A stretch of 64,000 bases of DNA from Acidobacteriota bacterium (lineage in GTDB: Bacteria > Actinomycetota > AC-67). The notes beneath the pieces were generated by a model. The model made no database searches, was not told where the DNA came from, and saw nothing but the letters and a program-made list of their open reading frames with translations. The stretch spans positions 13,601 through 77,600 of the forward strand of contig JACQXY010000052.1 of the NCBI GenBank assembly GCA_016208485.1, given 5' to 3'. Position 1 is the first letter of the stretch. Each line of letters begins with the position of its first letter. The translations under genes were made by a program, and so were the position numbers. Positions 24,784 through 33,397 of this stretch are shown here, in pieces.

Positions 24784-26337
24784 ATGCAGGCGCGCCTGAG
24801 GAACCTCCCACCCGTCTGGCTCGCCCTCCCAACGCTTGTGCTCGGCTCCCTCCTCGCCCGCACGCCCGCCCCCGGCGCGCCTCCCGGGCGGCCGGTGGCT
24901 CCGGAGCCAATCCGCACGCGCGCGCGTGTGCCTGCCGCGCCGGCGGCTCGCGCGACGCAAGCCGCTCGCACGGTCCCGGCGCGGTCTCCCGCCCCGCCGG
25001 CCGCCGCCGCGCGCACTCCGCTCGTGGCCATCACTCACCCGACTCTGCACCCGGGCAAGATGAGCGGCCCCCACCTCCGCGACCTCGTGACCGGCAGAGC
25101 CGGCTGGGAATCTCTCGGCCGTCCGGGCCGCAAGGTCCACCTCCTGCTCGACCCCCAGGCCGCGAGCGGCGCGGTCGCCCTCTGGATCATGGAAGGACGC
25201 CGGCCGGAGCGCGTCCTCGTGCGATCGGGGCGCGCGGCGGTGCGCGCGGTCGAACGGGACCTGGACGCCTTCGCCCTCGTTCCGGCCGACGTCGTCGGCC
25301 CGGGCGTCCGCACACTCCCACTCGGCGGAGTCGATCCGCTCCTGGACCCGAACGAATACCCGCTCGTGGTCGGAGGCGCCCGCAGGGGACCCGTCGTCCG
25401 CGCGATTGCCGTCGGCGACATTCTGCTGTCGCGCACCGTCCACCGGAAGATGGCGGCCTCCGGGGACTTCGCCTCGCCCTTCCGCTCGACCTGGCAACGC
25501 CTCGCGGGGGCCGACTTGGCCTTCGCGAACTTCGAAGGGACGATGAAGAGAGGCGCCTCACCTCTCCCCGGGGGCACGCGCTTCGTCTCCGTTCCCGCGG
25601 GGACCCGCGGGCTCGTGCTGGCGGGGATCGACGTCCTGTCCCTCGCGAACAACCACACCGGCGACTTCGGCTCGGCGACCCTGCTCGAGACCATCCGCCT
25701 CATCGAAAGAGCCGGCATCCGGACCATCGGCGCCGGCGACGAGGAGCGCGCGCGAGCGCCGGCCATCATGACCCGCCGCGGTGTGCGCTTCGGGTTCCTC
25801 GCCTTCAACGCCATCATCGGCACATCGCCGCCCTCCGCGTCGCGCCCAGGCGCGGCGCGGGTGCGCATGGCGCCCTGGTTCCCGTTCTCCGGAGCCGACC
25901 TCGACGCGTTCCTCGGCTCCGTGCGCGCGCTCCGTCCGAAGGTGGACGTGCTCATCGTCTACCCGCACTGGGGTCAGGAGTACACGAGCACCCCGGGCGC
26001 CGACCAGCGGATGGTCGCCCGCGCGATCGTGGACGCCGGCGCCGACATGGTCATCGCAACCCACCCCCACTGGGTCCAGGGAGCGGAGATCTACCGCGGG
26101 AAGCTCATCGCTTACTCCCTCGGGAACTTCGTCTTCGACCAGACCTGGTCGCCGGAGACCCAGGAGGGAGCCGCGCTCGAGCTGGTCTTCTGGGGGCCGG
26201 TTCTCAAGCGCGCGGAGTTCGTTCCCGTGGGGATCGAGGACGCCCACCGGCCCCGGTTCCTCGGCTCGAGCGGGCTGCCCATCCTCCGGCGGATCTGGCG
26301 GGCGAGCGGAGAGCCCTTCGCCCTGGGCGCGGCCTGA
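24784..26337 (+). CDS. CapA/PGA_cap-family metallophosphatase-like protein, membrane-anchored or secreted
   Basis: VGDILLSRTV...ADLAFANFEGT...DVLSLANNHTGDFG...YPHWGQEY...ATHPHWVQG...YSLGNFVFDQ are CapA-family motifs. I chose the ATG at 24784 (MQARLRNLPPVWLALPTLVLGSLLA). The track start at 24754 is a GTG. Confidence 0.85.
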   Translation: MQARLRNLPPVWLALPTLVLGSLLARTPAPGAPPGRPVAPEPIRTRARVPAAPAARATQAARTVPARSPAPPAAAARTPLVAITHPTLHPGKMSGPHLRDLVTGRAGWESLGRPGRKVHLLLDPQAASGAVALWIMEGRRPERVLVRSGRAAVRAVERDLDAFALVPADVVGPGVRTLPLGGVDPLLDPNEYPLVVGGARRGPVVRAIAVGDILLSRTVHRKMAASGDFASPFRSTWQRLAGADLAFANFEGTMKRGASPLPGGTRFVSVPAGTRGLVLAGIDVLSLANNHTGDFGSATLLETIRLIERAGIRTIGAGDEERARAPAIMTRRGVRFGFLAFNAIIGTSPPSASRPGAARVRMAPWFPFSGADLDAFLGSVRALRPKVDVLIVYPHWGQEYTSTPGADQRMVARAIVDAGADMVIATHPHWVQGAEIYRGKLIAYSLGNFVFDQTWSPETQEGAALELVFWGPVLKRAEFVPVGIEDAHRPRFLGSSGLPILRRIWRASGEPFALGAA

Positions 26338-26345
26338 GATTGGGG

Positions 26346-26380
26346 CGAGGGGCCGCGCGCCCCTCGGTCTCTTGTTCGTT
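26346..26380 (+). terminator. Rho-independent-type terminator after the CapA-like gene
   Basis: An 8-bp GC stem, cgaggggc (26346-26353) paired with gcccctcg (26359-26366), has a 5-nt loop. It is followed by the T-rich gtctcttgttcgtt and lies 9 nt after the stop codon. Confidence 0.6.
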
Positions 26381-26382
26381 CG
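26370..26382. repeat. Direct repeat copy 1 (tcttgttcgttcg), left boundary of the tRNA-Leu islet
   Basis: An exact 13-mer, identical to 28000-28012. It is AT-rich in an otherwise very GC-rich sequence. Confidence 0.6.
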
Positions 26383-26388
26383 CGCGCT

Positions 26389-26627
26389 CTATCTCCGCCA
26401 GTCGTCGACGGTCAAGTCACTGAACCGGCCCAAGTCCTTGACGTTCGTCGTTACGAGGCGAAGCGCGTTCGCGTGCGCGAGACACCGTAGAGCAGTTCGT
26501 GCCACACCGGGGCTGCGATCGCTGATTCGCTCGCATGCTGACTGATCCGGCGAACGATCACCGAATCCGGGTTCCTGGCGATGGGGGCAGAGACAATGGA
26601 AGTATCCAGCAGGAATCGGAGGCTCAA
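26389..26627 (-). pseudogene. vapC: vapC (PIN-domain toxin) remnant with an internal deletion and frame change
   Basis: My translation from the TTG (26625-26627, overlapping the antitoxin stop as TTGA) gives MSLRFLLDTSIVSAPIARNPDSVIVRRISQHASESAIAAPVWHELLYGVSRTRTRFAS-stop at 26451. This is a PIN N-terminus. A different frame (ORF 26389..26736) ends ...CLAHANALRLVTTNVKDLGRFSDLTVDDWRR, a PIN C-terminus. The two pieces total about 85 aa, against about 130-140 for intact VapC. Confidence 0.75.
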
Positions 26628-26902
26628 AGCGCCACCGAACGACCTGCATCGCGACCGCGTACGTCGCCGAACGCTCCCGGATCGAGACCGATCTCATCGA
26701 GGGGGAACCGCCGAAGAAACGCTTCGTAGACCTCACGAAACGGCGGACGTTCCGAGCGGAGGCGTTCGTACCGGTGGGGGGACATCAGAATCGCCACAGG
26801 CTTGCCACGCCGGGTGAGCTCGATATCGTGGCCGGACTCCACCTCATCAACGATCATTGGGAGGCCGGCACGCGCCTCGGCGATCGAGTATCGCTTGGTC
26901 AC
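26624..26902 (-). CDS. Phd/YefM-family antitoxin
   Basis: The tail of ORF 26624..27625 reads (V)TKRYSIAEARAGLPMIVDEVESGHDIELTRRGKPVAILMSPHRYERL..., a typical Phd/YefM N-terminal fold sequence. It is 92 aa with a GTG start at 26900-26902. Confidence 0.85.
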   Translation of the reverse strand: MTKRYSIAEARAGLPMIVDEVESGHDIELTRRGKPVAILMSPHRYERLRSERPPFREVYEAFLRRFPLDEIGLDPGAFGDVRGRDAGRSVAL

Positions 26903-26909
26903 GTGAGCT

Positions 26910-26937
26910 AGTGTACAACTTGATGTACATGCGTCAA
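26910..26937 (-). promoter_or_regulatory. Promoter with embedded TGTACA-N6-TGTACA operator, giving a leaderless antitoxin mRNA
   Basis: The minus strand reads TTGACG-16 nt-TACACT-7 nt-GTG(start). The -35 is the complement of 26932-26937 and the -10 is the complement of 26910-26915. Two palindromic TGTACA hexamers (26912-26917 and 26924-26929) overlap the spacer and the -10. Confidence 0.55.
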
Positions 26938-27030
26938 GCTCGTCGTGGCCACCCGGCGCCGGACCCCCGCGATGGAGGTGGAGTGCAAGTGAGTGGACGA
27001 GACTCGAACCCGGTGGTTGAAAAGGACCGG

Positions 27031-27381
27031 TCAGAGCGCCACCGCGATGTCCTGCCACTCTCTCTGCCTCGGTCGCTCGGCAAGCAGCCGGCGCACCCCG
27101 TTCAGGATGGAAGCGAATTGATGGTGTCCGAGTGTCCAGATGAGAACGCATCCGGCGTGGTGACGCCGTGCCTCGGCCCATTCGCGAAGCAGAGGGGCGA
27201 AGTCCCTGCTGTTGCGCGTGACCAGGATGCGGGCCTGCTCGGCGGCAAGCGCCAGGACCTCCGGATCGCTCAGCCCCTCCAGCTCGGGATGCTCGCTCAG
27301 AGCGAGTACGTCGTGACCCTCGCCGCGAAGCGGACCGCCGATCCGCCGGGCGGACAGGTTGGCGTCCAGCAGCAGGCGCAC
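27031..27381 (-). CDS. DUF5615-family (PIN-like) putative toxin
   Basis: MRLLLDANLSARRIGGPLRGEGHDVLALSEHPELEGLSDPEVLALAAEQARILVTRNSRDF matches my memory of DUF5615 (Mut7-C-like) proteins that pair with DUF433. It is an intact 116-aa ORF. Confidence 0.75.
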   Translation of the reverse strand: MRLLLDANLSARRIGGPLRGEGHDVLALSEHPELEGLSDPEVLALAAEQARILVTRNSRDFAPLLREWAEARRHHAGCVLIWTLGHHQFASILNGVRRLLAERPRQREWQDIAVAL

Positions 27382-27387
27382 GATGGC

Positions 27388-27831
27388 CTATGCGCGGGAC
27401 CGGACCATCCGGATGAACGGGAAGAGCGTCCTCAGCTCGATGGCGGCCCGGCGATTCTCCTCGATGGCCTCGGCGATCTCGTCCGGGAACTCGTCCCGGT
27501 ACGCGAGCGCTAGGCGCACCTGGGTTTCCGTGAGATGGGTCTCGCCCACCAGCCGGCGGACGGCGCCGAAGTCCTCGAGCATGTGCGCGATCTCCCATAC
27601 GTCGAGCCCCGATCCGATCACCCATGCCCGGCGGGAAGCATCGTCACCCCGGAAGCCGACCCCGGGAAAGCGACGCGTCCGCGCCGTCTCCTCGGCGAAC
27701 GCCTCGACCACCGCGCTCTTCGACCGCCGGGTCCTTCTTGCCTCCGCGGACACGAGCCGATCCGTCGCACGGCTCAGGCGGATGGAGAACGGAGGGCCCT
27801 TCTTCGATGTGTCCGACCGCGGCTCGCCCAT
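27388..27831 (-). CDS. Ribbon-helix-helix + DUF433 putative antitoxin
   Basis: The start is the ATG at 27829-27831. The N-terminus, KGPPFSIRLSRATDRLVSAEARRTRRSKSAVVEAFAEE, is CopG/RHH-like. The C-terminus, WVIGSGLDVWEIAHMLEDFG...THLTETQVRLALAYRDEFPDEI, is DUF433-like. It ends 6 nt upstream of the DUF5615 gene. Confidence 0.75.
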   Translation of the reverse strand: MGEPRSDTSKKGPPFSIRLSRATDRLVSAEARRTRRSKSAVVEAFAEETARTRRFPGVGFRGDDASRRAWVIGSGLDVWEIAHMLEDFGAVRRLVGETHLTETQVRLALAYRDEFPDEIAEAIEENRRAAIELRTLFPFIRMVRSRA

Positions 27832-27999
27832 GGCAAGCGACAGTGTACCACTACAGAACTTACTCCGTAGCAGAACTGCCCGGTGTCGGTGGGGTGCCAC
27901 GGGATTCCGCACCGCGAAGGCCTCCGCGCTCGCGCAGTTTCACCGCCTCGGCAAGCTCCCGCTACCGGAAACCGCCCGCCGACCCCCGTGAGGACCCTG

Positions 28000-28012
28000 T
28001 CTTGTTCGTTCG
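28000..28012. repeat. Direct repeat copy 2 (tcttgttcgttcg), abutting the tRNA-Leu 3-prime end
   Basis: An exact copy of 26370-26382. It ends 2 nt before the tRNA discriminator base at 28015. Confidence 0.6.
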
Positions 28013-28014
28013 TG

Positions 28015-28098
28015 TGCGGGCGAGAGGACTTGAACCTCCACGGGGTTTCCCCCACATGGCCCTCAACCATGCCTGTCTGCCTATTCCAGCACGCCCGC
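28015..28098 (-). tRNA. tRNA-Leu (anticodon GAG), type II with a long variable arm, CCA not encoded
   Basis: Hand-folded from the reverse complement. Acceptor GCGGGCG/CGCCCGC; D stem CTG/CAG; anticodon stem CATGG/CCATG with loop TTGAGGG; variable arm GGGG-GAAA-CCCC; T arm GGAGG-TTCAAGT-CCTCT; discriminator A. Total 84 nt. Confidence 0.9.
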
Positions 28099-28106
28099 GA
28101 AACCGC

Positions 28107-29834
28107 CTAGAGGATACCAACAACGGGCGCGGCCCCGCGCGCGGATGCCGTGCGACGGGTCGCAGACGGGGTGACCCACCACTCGCCGGCGTTCCAGAGA
28201 GGCCCGTCGGCGCCCGCGCTCGCCCGGATCCCGCCGACCCCGGCGCGCGCCGCTACCATCACGCGCGCGTCATACAGGGGGACGACCGGCGCAAGATCAC
28301 CCATGCGCCTCTGTGCCTCGGACGCCGCGCGCCGAGCCTCCGCGTCGCTCACCGCCGAGTCCATCCGGCCGAGCGCCGCATCGAGCCTCGGGTCCCCCAG
28401 GCCCGACACGTTCAGGGATCCGCCGCTCGAGAACCGCGCGCGAAGCGACCCGCCCGGCGGGTCCCTCCAGACGAGGAGCGCCGCCTCCAGGCGGCCTCCG
28501 CCCACCCAGGACCGCCAGAGGAATCCCGGCTCCATCGGCAGCAGAACCAGATCGAAGCCCGCGAGCGACGCCTGCCGCCGCAGAGCGCGCGCCACCACGC
28601 CGGGCAGATCGTCGGAGGCGACGAAGGCGAGCGTCACGCGAAGCGGCTTTCCCCGGCGACGCCGCGCGCCGGCTCCCGCCGTGCCCGAGGCTCGCCACCC
28701 CGCGGCGGCCAGAAGACGTCGCGCGCGGGAGAGATCGTCCTTGGGTGGGAAGACCGGCGTCGAGAGCACCGGGTCGCCGGCGAGCGGAGTGTCGAGCCTC
28801 CTCCCCTCCTCGCGCACGAGCCCGGTGGAGATCCGCGCGCGATCGAAGGAGCTCACGAGCGCGCGGCGAACCCGGACGTCTGCGAGCGGGCCGGAGCGCG
28901 CGGCGAGCACCAGGGCCGCCTCGGTCGCCCCGATGTCGGAGGACACCCGCGCCCCGGCGCGCTCGGCTCGCGAGGCCGCGTCGACGGCCTGGTATCCGGC
29001 GAGCGCGTCCACCTCGCCCCTACGGAACAGGTCGAGGGCCGTGGTGAAGTCCGGCACGAAGACCACGCGCAGGCGGTCGAGGCCCGACCCGCCGCGCGGA
29101 GCGCGGGGGTTGCGCTCGAAGAGCATGTCGAGGCCCGCCCTCCGGCGGACGAGCACGAAGGGGCCGCCGGAGACCGGCCAGGACCCGCCCAGCACGCGCG
29201 AGAGATCCTTTCCGGAAAGCGCGTGCTCGGGGAGGATTCCGAGACCGGCGGAGAACAGGTCCCGCCAGCGCCGGAACGGCTCGCCGAAGACCAGTCGCGC
29301 CCGCGACGGGGACTCCTCCACGATATCGGCGATCCTCTCGTAGCCATCCCGGGCGACCGATCCCCGAGCGAGCGCCGCCTTCCAGGTGAAGCGGATGTCG
29401 CCCGAAGTGATCGGGCGCCCGTCGCTCCATCGCGCCCCGGCGACCAGATCGAGTGCGACCGAGAACGGAGGCCCCGGCTCCGGGACCGGCTCGCGCGCAA
29501 GGAGCCACCGCGATCGCTCTCCTCGCGGGCCGATCCGGTACAGCGCCGGCATCAGCAGGCGGATGAGATCGCGCGTGGCCGGCGCGTCGCCGCCCGGGGC
29601 GAAGGGGTCAAGGGTTGCAGGCTCGTGCGGATAGGCGACGGTGACCGCGCCCCCGCGCGGACGCTCGGGGCTCCGAGCCGGGCGCCCCGGACATGCGGGA
29701 AGCGCGACCACCAGGGCGAGCGCCGCCGCAAGGGCCCCGAGCGCCGGGGGCCCCGCCGCCCGGCGCGCGGGCAGCCCGGCGACCCCGCGGGCAGCCGGAT
29801 CAGGCGGCCGGCGCGATCCAGGCAGCCGAAGCAT
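28107..29834 (-). CDS. ABC transporter substrate-binding lipoprotein, family 5 (peptide/nickel type)
   Basis: It has a signal peptide with lipobox (ALALVVALPAC). TLDPF...ARWSDGRPITSGDIRFTW...VSGGPFVL are family-5 SBP signatures. Confidence 0.8.
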   Translation of the reverse strand: MLRLPGSRRPPDPAARGVAGLPARRAAGPPALGALAAALALVVALPACPGRPARSPERPRGGAVTVAYPHEPATLDPFAPGGDAPATRDLIRLLMPALYRIGPRGERSRWLLAREPVPEPGPPFSVALDLVAGARWSDGRPITSGDIRFTWKAALARGSVARDGYERIADIVEESPSRARLVFGEPFRRWRDLFSAGLGILPEHALSGKDLSRVLGGSWPVSGGPFVLVRRRAGLDMLFERNPRAPRGGSGLDRLRVVFVPDFTTALDLFRRGEVDALAGYQAVDAASRAERAGARVSSDIGATEAALVLAARSGPLADVRVRRALVSSFDRARISTGLVREEGRRLDTPLAGDPVLSTPVFPPKDDLSRARRLLAAAGWRASGTAGAGARRRRGKPLRVTLAFVASDDLPGVVARALRRQASLAGFDLVLLPMEPGFLWRSWVGGGRLEAALLVWRDPPGGSLRARFSSGGSLNVSGLGDPRLDAALGRMDSAVSDAEARRAASEAQRRMGDLAPVVPLYDARVMVAARAGVGGIRASAGADGPLWNAGEWWVTPSATRRTASARGAAPVVGIL

Positions 29835-31353
29835 CGAACACCCCCGCCCCGTCGAGAGCGAACCCGCGCACCCGAGCGGCCACGGCGGTGCGGTTCCGGA
29901 AGAACACGATCGGGATCAACGGCATCAGGTCCAGCGCCCGCGACTCCGCGCGGCGGTACTCCGCCAGCCGGCGGCCTTCGTTCTTCGTCGCGCGAGCGCG
30001 GTCGATGAGGTAGTCGAACCGCCGGTCGGCGAAACCGGTCGGGTTGTTGCGCGATCCGCCCCGGAGCTGCTGGGCGAGGAACCAGTCGGGAGAGGAAACC
30101 TCCGAGAGCCACCCAAGCTCGGCGAAGTCCTGCTTGCCCGCGCGCAGAAGGCTCTCGTAGGCACGCGCACCGTGCGCGCGAAGGCTCGCTCTCACCCCCA
30201 CTCCCCGCAGGTCCGCCGCGATCGCCCGGGCCTCCGCGCGCGGAAGCGGGGCATCGAGGTGGTCGATGGCAACCGACAGCGGCGCGCGGGGGAATGCCGC
30301 GGAAAGAATCGCGCGCGCTCGCTCCCGATCGGCGGCGCACGGGCCGCACGCCCCCGGACGGTAGCCCCGCAGACCTCTGGGGAGGAGCCCGGTGGCCGGA
30401 TCCTTCGCCCCCCCGTAGACGATGCGCGCAACGGCCTCGCGGTTGATCGCCATCGACATCGCCCGGCGAACGTCGGCGCGCGCGTACTTGGCGAGCCTCA
30501 GGTTCGGCCCGTAGTAGACGGCCGCCCAGTAGGGCGAGAAGCCCGCGCGCGCATAGCGGCCCCCCTCGCCGGCCAGGATCGTCGAGGGAACCTCGGCCAC
30601 GTCGACCTCGCCGGCGAGGAAAGCGCGCCACCCGTCGTTCACGTCGCGAACCACCCGGAACTCAACGGCGTCCAGGTAGCTCGTCCCCCCGGGATGGTCG
30701 TCGTAGCGTTCGAGGGATGCTGTCCTGCCCGGCGAGAACCGGAGCAGGCGGAACGGGCCGTTCCCCACCGGACGCGCCGCGAATCCCCGCGGGTCGGACT
30801 CTGCCCGGCGAGGAAGCGGGGCGAGCGCCGGATGAGAAAGCACCGCCGGCAGTTCCCAGAAGGGCGATGCAAGCCGGATGACCAGGCGGTAGGGCGCGGG
30901 GGCGGAGACCCCGGCGAGCGCGCGGGCGCCGGTGCGCGATTGCTGAAAGCCCGCGACCATCTCGAGCTGGAATGCCACGTCGGAGCCGGGGCGCGCGACG
31001 CGATCGAACGCGCGCTTGAAGTCGGCCGCGACGACCGCGCTCCCGTCGTGGAATCTCGCCTTCCGGAGCAGGAAGCTCCACACCCGGCCGTCGGCGCTCG
31101 CCGACCAGGACCGCGCCGCCGCCCCCTGGACGTGCCCGGTGGCCGGATCGACCGAGGTCAGCGAATCGAAGACCTGGGCCGCGGCCAGACGCGCCCCGGG
31201 GTCGGACGCGCGCCCGGGATCGAGGGTCGCCAGATCGCGCACCGCCACGCGGAGAGTCCCTCCCGGCACCGGCGCCTCTGAGCGCCGGCCGGTGCATCCG
31301 CCGACGAGAAGGGAGAGGGAGAGAAGAAGGCAGACCCCGTTGCGGCGGGGCAC
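29800..31353 (-). CDS. ABC transporter substrate-binding lipoprotein, family 5
   Basis: I trimmed the start to the GTG at 31351-31353, 5 nt after the secG stop, giving (V)PRRNGVCLLLSLSLLVGGC with a lipobox. TLRVAVRDLATLDPG...ARFHDGSAVVAADFKRAFDR...PVGNGPFRL are family-5 signatures. Confidence 0.8.
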   Translation of the reverse strand: MPRRNGVCLLLSLSLLVGGCTGRRSEAPVPGGTLRVAVRDLATLDPGRASDPGARLAAAQVFDSLTSVDPATGHVQGAAARSWSASADGRVWSFLLRKARFHDGSAVVAADFKRAFDRVARPGSDVAFQLEMVAGFQQSRTGARALAGVSAPAPYRLVIRLASPFWELPAVLSHPALAPLPRRAESDPRGFAARPVGNGPFRLLRFSPGRTASLERYDDHPGGTSYLDAVEFRVVRDVNDGWRAFLAGEVDVAEVPSTILAGEGGRYARAGFSPYWAAVYYGPNLRLAKYARADVRRAMSMAINREAVARIVYGGAKDPATGLLPRGLRGYRPGACGPCAADRERARAILSAAFPRAPLSVAIDHLDAPLPRAEARAIAADLRGVGVRASLRAHGARAYESLLRAGKQDFAELGWLSEVSSPDWFLAQQLRGGSRNNPTGFADRRFDYLIDRARATKNEGRRLAEYRRAESRALDLMPLIPIVFFRNRTAVAARVRGFALDGAGVFDASAAWIAPAA

Positions 31354-31358
31354 GGCCG

Positions 31359-31595
31359 CTACGCGCCGGGTCGGATCCGGAAGTGGAGGAGGACGGTCGC
31401 GATCATGAACACGATCGCGGTGCCGATCGTGATCCGGTCGAGGTTCCGCTCCACGATCGTGGAGCCCCCGGCTCCCGACATCCCACCGCCGAACATGTCC
31501 GACAGGCCACCGCCGCGCCCGGCGTGAAGCAGGATGAACAGGATCAGAAGACCCGCCGATGCGACCTGGAACCCAAGGATGACGGTGGTCACCAC
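31359..31595 (-). CDS. secG: Preprotein translocase subunit SecG
   Basis: The tail of ORF 31359..33077 reads VVTTVILGFQVASAGLLILFILLHAGRGGGLSDMFGGGMSGAGGSTIVERNLDRITIGTAIVFMIATVLL. This is the SecG pattern of two TM helices flanking a Gly-rich loop. The GTG-GTG start follows GGGAGG. Confidence 0.85.
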   Translation of the reverse strand: MVTTVILGFQVASAGLLILFILLHAGRGGGLSDMFGGGMSGAGGSTIVERNLDRITIGTAIVFMIATVLLHFRIRPGA

Positions 31596-31627
31596 TAACC
31601 TCCCGATGTCCGAGCCGAGATAGTTTA

Positions 31628-33397
31628 TCAGACCGGCCCCGAGCCGCCACCCTCCGGCCCGGTCCGCGCCCGCGGTCGCAGCCACAGGTTTGAAGGGTCC
31701 CCGCGCGCCAGCAGTGGGTGCGCAACGAAGCCGGCGACCCGACTTCCCAACCGCACCGCCTCGTCGAGCCACGCCAGGGGCACGACAGCCGCGAGATCTC
31801 GCGCCGCCCGGTCGGCGGCGAGCCACAGCCCGGCTGCCGTCTCTCTGGGCGCCGCCGACGCCGCGTCGATCGCTCGCTCGATCGCCCGGGAGCGAAGCAT
31901 GGAGTAGACGGTGTTGGCTTCGGCGCGGATGCGCCGCGGATCGAGCAACGCCCCGAGGACCGCGCGCCCGGCGAGCCCCGGCCAGTCGGCACACCAGGTC
32001 GCGATCCCCATCGGCACCCGGCGCGCGGGGCGCTCGTACCAGTCGGGGTACAGGCGGGAGATCGCGATCGCGCGAACCTTCGCGCGCACCCCGACGAGGG
32101 AGAGCGAGCGCGCCACGGCCGCCGCCTGCCTGCGATCCAACTCCGTGTCCCCGACGACCAGGGTTGTCGCGAAGCCGCCCGGCAGACCCTGGACTCGCAG
32201 GGCCTGCCGGGCCGCGGACGGGTCGGGCCGGGGCGCGGCTTCCGTCGATGAGCCCGCCACGGTCGGCGGGAGGATCCCCGCCGCCGCCCGCCCGGGAGGG
32301 CCCGCGGCAGCCGCCGCCGCCCGGTCCACCGCGAGCGCGATCGCGCGCCGCACCGCCACGCGATCGAACGGCTTCACGGTCGTGTTCATCCAGAGGTAGC
32401 GCAGGCATCCGTTCGGCGCGGTCACCACCCGATCCCCAACGCCGGTGCCGACTGCGGGCGAGTCGGCTTGCAGGTCGGCCGTCCCGGCTGCGATCCGCGC
32501 ATCGATCGCCTTCTGCGACAGCCCCACGGTCGCCTCGATCTCGTCCACCCACGCCCGGCGCACCGGATCGGACGCCGCGCTCCACGCCGGGTTGCGCGCG
32601 AGGCGCAGGCGCCGCTCGGGCAGGTACTCCTCGAGGCGATACGGCCCGCTCGGCGCGATCGCCTCCGGGGCAACCCCGCTCCGGCCGGCGAGCTCCTCGG
32701 GCACGGCGCTCGCCTGCGGGAGCGCGAGCATCCACGGCAGGTCGTTCGACGGCCGGAGGAGACGCAACGTCACCGTCCGAGAATCCGGGGTCGAGATCCC
32801 CCGGCTCCCCCCCGCGATCACGTCGAAGTACGACGCCACCTCCGGACGCAAGCGGAGCAGGCGCACGAGACCGGCGCGCACGTCGGCGCTCGTCAGCGCG
32901 CGGGACGCCGGTGGTCCGAACCGCGCGCCGGGACGGATCCGGAAGCGATAGGTGAGGCCGTCGGCCGAGACCGACGGGGGCGCCGCCGCGAGATCGGGCA
33001 CGGGGGTCCGCCCTCGCGCGCCGGGAAGCGACGGAAAAGCCATGAGGCCGCGGTGGAGGACGCGCGCAAAGAACCACGACGACGGGCGACCCGCAAGTTG
33101 CGGATCGAGCGAGTCGACGTCCTCCGCGAGGAGCACGCGCAGCGTCCCACCGCGTGCCGGGGACTCCGGCGGCGGACCGGCGGGCGGCGCGGCGCGCGGC
33201 CGGGTGACCGCCGTCACGATCTCCGTCGCGAGTAGCAGGAGTGCCGCCCCGAGGAGCGCGGCGCGCAGGCCCGGTCGGACGGCCGGACGAGGGCTCGGCG
33301 CGATCTCAGACGACCTGGGCCGCCTCGGCGAAGTGGCAGGCGGCCGGGTGGTCGGGGCCTGCCGGTGAGTGCGCCTCCAGCGGAGGCTCCACCTCAC
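31628..33397 (-). CDS. ABC transporter substrate-binding protein, family 5
   Basis: TLRVLLAEDVDSLDPQ...DGLTYRFRIRPGARF...PSGPYRLEEY are family-5 signatures. The only canonical start in frame is the GTG at 33397, which overlaps the upstream ATPase gene by 92 nt. The hydrophobic anchor (LRAALLGAALLLLATEIV) begins at a CTG, so the true start is uncertain. Confidence 0.75.
   Translation of the reverse strand: MRWSLRWRRTHRQAPTTRPPATSPRRPRSSEIAPSPRPAVRPGLRAALLGAALLLLATEIVTAVTRPRAAPPAGPPPESPARGGTLRVLLAEDVDSLDPQLAGRPSSWFFARVLHRGLMAFPSLPGARGRTPVPDLAAAPPSVSADGLTYRFRIRPGARFGPPASRALTSADVRAGLVRLLRLRPEVASYFDVIAGGSRGISTPDSRTVTLRLLRPSNDLPWMLALPQASAVPEELAGRSGVAPEAIAPSGPYRLEEYLPERRLRLARNPAWSAASDPVRRAWVDEIEATVGLSQKAIDARIAAGTADLQADSPAVGTGVGDRVVTAPNGCLRYLWMNTTVKPFDRVAVRRAIALAVDRAAAAAAGPPGRAAAGILPPTVAGSSTEAAPRPDPSAARQALRVQGLPGGFATTLVVGDTELDRRQAAAVARSLSLVGVRAKVRAIAISRLYPDWYERPARRVPMGIATWCADWPGLAGRAVLGALLDPRRIRAEANTVYSMLRSRAIERAIDAASAAPRETAAGLWLAADRAARDLAAVVPLAWLDEAVRLGSRVAGFVAHPLLARGDPSNLWLRPRARTGPEGGGSGPV

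Larger units (their letters stand above)
26370..28012. mobile_element. About 1.6-kb accessory islet next to the tRNA-Leu 3-prime end, bounded by 13-bp direct repeats. It carries two TA modules and no integrase, so it is probably a decayed integrative element.
   Basis: Exact direct repeats sit at both ends, and the right copy ends 2 nt from the tRNA 3-prime end. The content is only TA genes, one of them degraded. The left repeat overlaps the T-tract of the capA-like terminator. Confidence 0.4.

Noticed and set aside
26975-27012. tRNA-like T-arm motif (complement reads ...CCGGGTTCGAGTCTCGTCCACTCACTTGCA) between the two TA modules, considered as a second att or tRNA remnant
   Set aside because: I could not fold a cloverleaf. 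The T stem has mismatches, there is no convincing acceptor or anticodon arm, and the segment does not match the 3-prime end of the adjacent tRNA-Leu. It may be a very old tRNA fragment, but the evidence is too weak.
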